A stretch of 64,000 bases of DNA, taken from positions 124,001 through 188,000 of the forward strand of contig RHPI01003533.1 of the NCBI GenBank assembly GCA_009103225.1. The letters run 5' to 3'. The position numbers and the translations under genes were made by a program. The notes under the pieces are model-generated. The model was not told the DNA's origin and searched no databases. It worked only from the letters and a program-made list of their open reading frames with translations. This DNA is from Chlorokybus atmophyticus (taxonomy: Eukaryota; Plantae; Mesostigma and Chlorokybus algae). Below, piece by piece: positions 56,301 through 64,000 of the stretch (position 1 is its first letter; the number at the start of each line of letters is the position of its first letter).

Positions 56301-57230
56301 GGGACTGGATTGCGCTTATAAGGCAAGTCCTGATTAGAAGCTGCGATCATGAATGTAGTGACAAGACTGTCCTACACGCCACCTTTGCAGCAACATGGCA
56401 TGGGCTCATGCATTATGCTAGCATAGTATGCAGCACACCACTCATTGTAACTTTACATCATCAGGAGTGTAACAGCTTGACTTCAAAATGTGCAGTGCAC
56501 TCTGCTGTTCGAAGCACAAGCTCGCGTGGCGACCTCTCTGATAATGTCGCACATGGCGGTACGATAAGAGTATGCACATACATTGCACAAAATTGGCACA
56601 TGCATGTACCATGCTTGTTTCAACCACGGCATTACATTTATGGTACACACTTAGTGTAGCACGTCGTCACATAGGCGCGTAGCTCTTTCGGCGTCTCCAC
56701 CATGTAACGGAAACACGTCATAGCAAGGTTATGTGATAGCTATCATGCTATGCCGTTGCCTTGAGATGGCGTATGCATGTTACATAGTTGAGCAGCCAAA
56801 AAAGCTGCACGCTTAGGTGACGACAGGCTACACTATGCGTGTATCGTCCTTGCACTCGGCAAGTTGGTCGTCGTAATTGACTTCCTTGAGATGTATGACT
56901 GACAGTCATTGATTGACACTGTTAATTGCTATGTGCAACATCAGCGATTGGGATTGGTGGAGTTTCTCTGAATCTGACTCGCCGTTGCCCTACCACCGCG
57001 CTCTCACACCACATCGACACGCTTGGCGCATTATTGTAAGCAACGACCCAGCCTACTACACGCTTTTCAGGTGCTCTTACATAATATCTGTCTTGTATGT
57101 GTATTTTTACGCTGTCAGGCTCGTCGGTATGCACCTGGTAATGATGAGGTACTAACAGGCCATGTGTGATGATCTATGAGGACTTTTTGTTGTGTGCTTG
57201 TGATCTGCATCTCCGATCTGGAGTCCTACA

Positions 57231-58038
57231 GGGACCAACGCTAGAGACTACAGCATGTACCTGTACAACTGCGCCAGGCGGCGCGGATGTACAGGTACAT
57301 GCTGTAGTCCACCCATGTTCAAGTTGTTGAACACCTTTTTGGATGCGGGTGGCTATGGCTTCATCCCCGTCACGTATCCAGGCAATGCCGTACAGTACGG
57401 CGGGGCGGGGACAACAAATGGCGCCGATGCCTTCGCTCTTGTGCGAGGCCACAACACTGTGGTGCAATTCCTGAGACAGGCAGCACCTGCACAGGTGGGT
57501 GGGTGCGCATGCATGCAAGTGCCATAGCAGTGCATATGCGTATACATGCGTGCGTGCGTGCGTGCGTGTGTCTGTGCATGCATGCGGGCGTGTTGACACA
57601 TCTCATCCTTGTCTTCAGCTGCCAACGGTCTCGCTGCTGGTATGACCCCAGTCATGCTGCCGGTGAGCGAGGTGGCATTGATGCCATGACAACCTCCTTG
57701 CAGGTTGGCCAGCGTGCAGCACCGTGCTGCATGCGCACGTGTTGTTGTGTGGTGTAACGCACCGTGTCCCTGATGTGACGTGTCTCCATCCCAGTTGATT
57801 GACCGCGGCTGCTCATACGAAGCGTTCACCTGGGCTGGTGGCCCTGCGGCCGCTGGTGTCATCATTTCCAGTAAAGGTGAGGTCACGCTCATCGTGACAC
57901 AAAGTGATGGTGACTGTGTGCAATAAACCGCACATGTCAGTAACTCACAAGTCGCTGCACGCAGCTGCCGTCAACATTGGTCAAACATTCAACTGTGGTC
58001 CCCCGCCCATGCCTTAACCAAGCCCACCACCACCAAGC
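57231..58038 (+). pseudogene. 5'-truncated, frameshifted paralogue of the nuclease LTD-like domain and linker start (inverted orientation)
   Basis: GTNARDYSMYLYNC...DAGGYGFIPVTYPGN...DAFALVRGHNTVVQF; TSLQ|LIDRGCSYEAFTWAGG; AVNIGQTFNCGPPPMP*. It matches nuclease exons 2-5 with the same intron positions; there is a phase shift at the first donor. Confidence 0.85.
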
Positions 58039-58643
58039 TTCAATATGTGAAGCTGCACTTCATTGTGTAGCCTCACATATGGAAGCTACACAAGCTTAAG
58101 TACATTATGCTTGTCAAAAATCAATCATCGTATTTGTGTACAGCTGTTTTTTCAGTAGTGCTTGAACTTGTGGAGCTTCACAACGATTTGGAAATGTTTA
58201 TAGACGGCAGTGAAGTGCACATACTGCAGGCTTGACCGCAAGCGTATGTAACTGTGCCGGATGATAAAGACGGCTTTGAGCCTGAGGTTTGACCACACTG
58301 TATACGTACTTCCCTTGATGGCGTCTGCATCTAGTTTGATGACGTTGTGATGACTCACAACGTCACATAACGAATACGTGCATCAATTCACACTCTACCA
58401 ATCAGTTCAAGCGCACCTGTTTCTCACTTGCTTTTGCCTGTGCTTCCGCGGAAGCCCAGTCTTGGTGTAACCGTGTAGCACAACCGATCTCAGGAGCTGC
58501 TTGCATTGCTGGTGTGCAACATGTGTTGCTGTAGTGCGTTTGCTGCTCTGACAGCAACATTGGTTTCATCAACGTCAGCACCTTGCCTGCTGTCACGAAG
58601 ACATCCACCGTAAACTGAGGCTCACGTTTCAGCTTGGCCATGA

Positions 58644-58975
58644 GGTCACAAGGCAAGCTTGACTTGAGCAAGACCGAGTGATGTCAAAGCACAGACTAGC
58701 ACAACTGTGAACTGGAACCTATACCCGAGTCTCTGGATATTTATGTGAACCGACTACAACCATCAGCTTGAGCTTTGGCTCAACAAGCACAGACTAACAA
58801 CGGAAACTCACGAAGCTGCTTGCCTTGACGCTGAGCTGAAGCCTGGAGCTGGAAAATCTCAGCTTGAGCTCAAGCTGAGACGCTGAAGACATGCTTGAGC
58901 TTGTGCTGGACCATCAGCTTGCGCTCGGTAAACCAGCTGCGCCGAGAACTCAGCTCAGAGCTGAGCTGTTACACT
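58644..58975 (+). repeat. AAGCT/GAGCT-rich dispersed repeat, copy 2 (inverted relative to 47371-47638)
   Basis: Shared 5' block and terminal word with copy 1; internal CAGCTTGAGCT-like words. Confidence 0.75.
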
Positions 58976-59097
58976 GCCTTTGGTTTGTTTGTGCACTCAA
59001 TTCATCCACCGGCCCCATGCAGGGTAGTTCCTTGCAGGTTACGCCAAGCTGTTGTCTCACTGTATGTTCCGCTGAGTGTTAGCTTGACTGCTTGTAG

Positions 59098-61139
59098 CAT
59101 CCAAGCGGCGGCGAGGGCGGCGGGGGAGGTGGCGTAGGGAACAGCAGAGACGCGGAGAGAGAGTTCTACGCCTTGGTAAGTCTGAAACTTCTTGTGTCTG
59201 TAGACGAGAGTCGGGGCGCTCAGGCCTTTCTCCCAAGACAACCTCATGTATGTGTTGGGCACTGTATATTGCCCCTGATCATGCCAATCTCAGATGCTGT
59301 TGTTGGAGTTGGCGTCGCTGCCAGGAGGGCGTACGTACAGACGTGGCGGCGCAGTCGCTGCCGTGGAGGACGGCAAGGCCGAGGACAACGCCACCAACAA
59401 TCACCAGAAAGGACGCGCCACCCTGGAAAACCTTGAAGCTGCCCAGTGCGTTGCAGACATTCTGCAGGTAGAACAGTATCACCATAACTGTTGTCACCGC
59501 TGTGTGCGCACATACACGCTTGGTTTGTGTGCGTGTGCCAACTGGTTACTCGTTCCAAGTGTTTGTGTGTGTGTGTGCGTTTGTGTGTAGACTTTGCTAG
59601 TGCCCTTGAGGTCGACCATCGCTTGTGGAATTGTTCCAACATCCCGTCAATGTTGCAGTGTCGATGAAGGCAGTCGCGTTGTTGAGTTACACTCACTGAG
59701 AGATGGCATTGCGGGTCTTGATGGATTGTGACTGATATGTATGACCCGCAGGAGGATGTGACGGTGTTGGGTGCATAGGCTCTACTTCCCGCCCTCAGAC
59801 CTGATGTCTTCCACGCCTTCAACGAGCCTCGCGCCCCCGCGAGTGCGGAGCTGCTGCGCCACCCGAGCTTCCTCTCCCTCAGGCTGCTCCTTCGGGGCCC
59901 TCTTCAACCCGCGCAAGCAGGGCGGCGCCGGGGGCCTTGGCGTGGGCAGCGGCGGCGGTGCAGGAGGAGGAGGAGGGGTTAAACCTGCGTACAGGGACGA
60001 GTATATATCTTCACGTGCTGGTGTACGTCACCTGCGCAACTTGAAAGGTATGCGCATGTGTGTGCATGTGTGCACGCGTGCATGTGCACGGGCATGCGCG
60101 CGCATGTGCGTGCATGGGTGGCTGTGTTCGCGCACGCTTGTGCGTGTGCACATCTGCATGTGAATGCGCGTGTGCGTGTGTACATGTGTCTGTGTTACAC
60201 TTGTTATGTAGATGTAGCTGCTCATTCTGCACGGCACTGTACACCCACACAGCATGCATAGGACGGTAGAGAGCGTGGAGGGGGTATTGCCATGGACGAG
60301 GTTGAGCGCACATTTGCAGCCCTGTCCACTGCGCTCGAGATCGTGGTGCTCGCAGCATCCGGCACGTGCAGGAGGTACAGATTGCTTGTAGGTCGTTGCA
60401 GTAACACGCTTGGGCATGTTGGTTCATTGCTTGCCGTACGCAAACAGTGCATGCGTGATGTGGGTATGTGTGTGTATCTGTGGTAAACTTGAGCACTTGA
60501 GTATAACAGGCACAGTGGGCGATCCCATGCAGGCTCTGCAGGTGCCCGTGGCAGCCATGGGCGTCCTGCACTGGGTTGTGGTGCATCTGAAAGACAACAA
60601 CGACTCAAGGTAATGACCACCATCGTGTGTGCGCATCCGCGTGTGCGCGTGCAAGAACTTGTTTGTGCGTGTGGGTGGGTGGGGACAGCTGCGTGTCTAA
60701 TGTGGATGCGCCCATGTCTTCAATTGCACGCCTGTGCGCGTGTGCCCTTGGTGTGTGTATGACATGTTGATTGTGGAGCAGAAAGCTGGCAATGAGCTTG
60801 GAGTTACGGCAGTAGCGAAGTTGAAGAAGCGCTTCATCGACGCGCTGGTGGTGATGGTTTCTTAGCGAGTTGATTAATCCCGCGCTTGCATCTATCAAGA
60901 GGTGGGTTCAGCACTCCAGCAGCGGCAGAGTCCACGACCTCGCACGCTACTTTGTCGTGCAACTGCTGGACATCATGGCCCAGCCCTTCTCGCATGCCTT
61001 TGCTGGACATGTCCTCACCCTCGTCGCTGCCAACCGAGGTGATGCCTTTGGCAGCGGCATTGGCGCGAGGGACTTTGCATTGTTCTGTAGAGATGCGAGC
61101 TTTGCCCGCCTCTTGGTGATGACAGGACAGCTGCATTAA
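59098..61139 (+). pseudogene. NELFCD: NELF-C/D (TH1-like) homologue, C-terminal half only, with multiple lesions
   Basis: Colinear blocks against human NELF-C/D as I recall it: AELLRHPSFL..GALFNP ~ VELIRVPAFL..QSLFKP; MDEVERTFAALST ~ KDELKSTSKAVET; QALQVPVAAMGVLHWV ~ QCIRFPVVAMGVLKWV; LKKRFIDALVVMVS ~ LKKTLLDRMVHLLS; ARYFVVQLLDIMAQPFSHAF ~ IRYFVTEVLDVIAPPYTSDF. Frameshifts near 59885, 60010 and 60863. Confidence 0.8.
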
Positions 61140-62155
61140 CACAGCTGCCTGAGGGTATGAAATAGCGATTGCATGTTGTTCGGTCTTTCCACTCTTCACT
61201 CACCCGTGAGTGTGGCAACATTCCCTGTTTATTGGGCTGCTAGCGTTGCTGAGTGCGTGGCGTCAACGGGAGAGACGAGAACGCGTGTTGCATCGTCAAC
61301 ATCGCTGCTTGTGGGGTGCAACTACGCGCACAGCCTTGCACGCATGTGCAGGGCTAGCAGGTGATGGAGGGGGAGGAAGAGGGGAGGGCCCTCAGACCTG
61401 GCGATAGAGATGGTAGAGGCAAGAGGGGCGGGCAATGCGGAAGTGCAGGAGGAGGACTGGCGAAGGAGGGAGAAGGGACGGAGGCAGGTAAGGGAAGGAA
61501 ATGGGGTGGAGAAAAGGGGGCTAAGTCGTATCCATAGTCTCCGTGCAAAGTCTGATATGTGGCAATTGAGATTGGCCTGCGCATCAGAATGACCCGTGCC
61601 ACGCAGCAAGCAGTGTATGCCATTGCCACCTGTGCTTTTTCGCAATCTGCTGATGCCTTGGCCGCACATGCCTTATATTTTCCGCACGCGTCTTGCTGGC
61701 TGGCTTGCTTGGTAATTCCAATAGCTCGTATCAGGCGGAAACGACGCGTTTGTCAAAGCCGCGGCCCTCCTTAGCAAGCAGGACTCCTTGCCAAGCACGG
61801 GTTGATTGGCAACTTGATGATCCGCCAATATCGATTGCATCATTTTGAGCTACTACAACTACCTGCTGCGATGTTGCCAGGCCGCGACCTTCTGGCCAAT
61901 GAGTTCTTACAGCGTACAGTGTAGCAAGGCCGCACCGGTGCTGGGTACAGCAGTGCATACTTGCTGCTGTACCCTGCTTGGTGGGCTGGCCAAGTGCCGT
62001 CAGCCTTGGCTGACTCAGCAGGCCTTGCTTGAGTCATTGCAGGCAACGCCCGCGCTGCTGCAGCTTTCACATTCTGGCTCTCTCGCTCCTTCTTTGTAGA
62101 TGTGCGGGTGGGTGAGTGGGTCTGGCTGCCTGTTGGACGCCATACCCAAAGCACG

Positions 62156-64000
62156 ATGATGGCGCCGGCCTGGTGGTTGCCTCTGCTGCTGCCTTTACTA
62201 GCGCTGCTGCTTGGCTCAGGTAAGAGCAGCCTGCTCTGGCTTCGCGCTTGCAGGTGGCTGACAGCAAGAAACTCCCGCTGCCTTTTGCCGCTCACGCTCA
62301 TGTTTGCCTGAATGCAGGCCGCGAGGCGTCTGCTGTGTCCGACCAGGAATGTGAGTGTGTGATTTGCAGGTCTGCCACGTGCACTTGCATGCATTCTGCC
62401 ATGACCGCTTGCGTGCAACGGCCTCAGGTTTTGCACGGATTGTGAGACATGGGGGGTGTGCAGTCACACGCTCATGCTCACGCTCTGTGGCACCATTGGT
62501 GTGGCAGTTGCGGCTGTCCAGTGGCTGCAGGCGGCCGTCTACTACGTCAATGACGCCGGTGAGCAGGTGCAGGGGCCTCCCAACTGGCCTTCTGATCTGA
62601 CTGGCTACGACGTCTGCCACTCCCTGCCTGAGATAATATGCGACAACGGAGCCATTACTATTCTGTGAGTAACAAACACGTGCTCTTCTTGGTAAATCAC
62701 AGCCGCTGTCACTGGTTTCACTTGGTCTTGACGCATTGCATATCTGTCAGGAACTTGTCTGGTTATAAGCTCCACAATACCCAGCCCTTGACCGCGCTCA
62801 ACAACCTTACCAACCTGCAGGAAATGTAAGTGTGCTGAATGTACGATTACATGCGCATATTCAAACAATCTTGTTAATGACCTTGGTGTGTTGTCATGTC
62901 ATTGATGCACTGCAAGCATACTTACAGTGACTTGATTATGTGGGTGCAGGTCGCTGTATAACAACGCCTTTTCTGGACCGCTGCCGCCCGAGTGGAGTAG
63001 CTTTACTAACTTGAAGTCTTTGTAAGTGCATGATAGAGTACTACTGGTTATGGTTTTTCCTGTTCACAACCTGGACTCGGTCGACTTACGTAACTTCAGG
63101 CCACATTTGAAATGTCCGCTAACCGTTGGCTGCGGTGACGTTGACATGCATACATGATGATGCAGAGGCCTTGGGAACAACCAGCTCGAGGGGCCGTTGC
63201 CGCCAACATGGAGCAATCTGACCAGCCTACAAACTCTGTGAGTAACATACAATGTCTGTTCAATGGGTCGTCGGATCAATGACAGGGTGCATTGTGCTAT
63301 TCACTCTCTTATATGCACGTTCGTAGCATGTGTCATTATATGTGATCATGACGTATGATGCATACTCATCATTATCATGAGTATGCACACCCATGATGGT
63401 TGTGCAGGGATATATCATCCAATAGATTGGTTGGCGAGATACCATTGGAGTGGGGCAACTTGACCAACCTCGGATACATGTAAGATACTATGGTTTGCAT
63501 TTTTCATTGACAAGGCCAACTCGCTTGTTTTGCATAGCAATGAAATCATTTCTCGTGGTGTCACTTACATACATAAGCAGGTGGCTGAGCGACAATCAGC
63601 TTTCGGGACCTTTGCCAAGCACACTGAGCAATCCGGTCAACTTATTTGTTATGTGAGTCACAAGATGGCTCAGCCACGCTCTCCTATGTGTGGCATTTGC
63701 TGTATACTCGTGGTTGTGCAGAGCGCTGTCACGCAACAATCTGGTTGGCGAAGTACCATCCGAGTGGGGCAACATGATCAACCTCGAATCTTTGCAAGTG
63801 AGGGCCGTGGGTATGCGTTCTTCCTTCACAAGGCTAGCTCGCTTGTCTTGCATACCAATGATACTACTTCTTGTATGGTAACACTGTCACAACGGTTACT
63901 ACGTATGGCTTACACACATGAGCAGGTATTTGAGCGGCAACCAGCTTTCCGGGCCTCTGCCAAGCCAACTGAGCAATCTGGTCCACCTGGTTAACTTGTA
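62156..64000 (+). CDS. Extracellular LRR protein / LRR receptor-like gene, 5' part (continues beyond the window)
   Basis: Signal peptide MMAPAWWLPLLLPLLALLLGS; LRR N-cap (NW......VC..LPEIICDNGAITIL); successive roughly 72-nt exons, each one plant-type LRR (LYNNAFSGPLPPEWSSFTNLKSL; LSDNQLSGPLPSTLSNPVNLFV; LSRNNLVGEVPSEWGNMINLESL; LSGNQLSGPLPSQLSNLVHLVNL). Confidence 0.88.

Noticed and set aside
60840-60880. TAG/TAA interrupting homology in NELF-C/D, suggesting a reassigned genetic code (stop to Gln)
   Set aside because: AUH ends at TAG exactly where homologues end, and intact genes show no internal TAA/TAG. The NELF break also needs a frame change, so it is a lesion and not recoding.

Overview
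This is intron-rich eukaryotic nuclear DNA from a green-plant-lineage alga. Plastid TIC40, a bHLH-ACT factor, a TH2-like TenA and one-exon-per-repeat LRR exons suggest an early-diverging streptophyte; this is inference and the species is not identified. The genetic code is standard and most genes are spliced, so the supplied ORF track shows only exon fragments; I rebuilt the gene models by hand from GT/GC-AG sites and homology, and their boundaries are approximate. Recognisable genes: bHLH-ACT factor, RCC1/BTB protein, AUH-type enoyl-CoA hydratase, TIC40, stand-alone TenA, an intact bacterial-type ExeM/NucH secreted endonuclease, and the 5' end of an LRR receptor-like gene. The accessory DNA includes a TIR-bounded, intron-containing pogo-like transposon (12093-15520), an adjacent CpG-rich island of compact orphan genes (15.5-19.3 kb) and a secreted orphan protein. 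It also holds an inverted pseudogenised copy of the nuclease N-terminus and a decayed NELF-C/D (TH1) homologue. No CRISPR array, rRNA or tRNA could be supported. The best leads are the ExeM-type nuclease with an extensin-like linker, the NELF-C/D relic, the foreign-looking island, and the secreted orphan.
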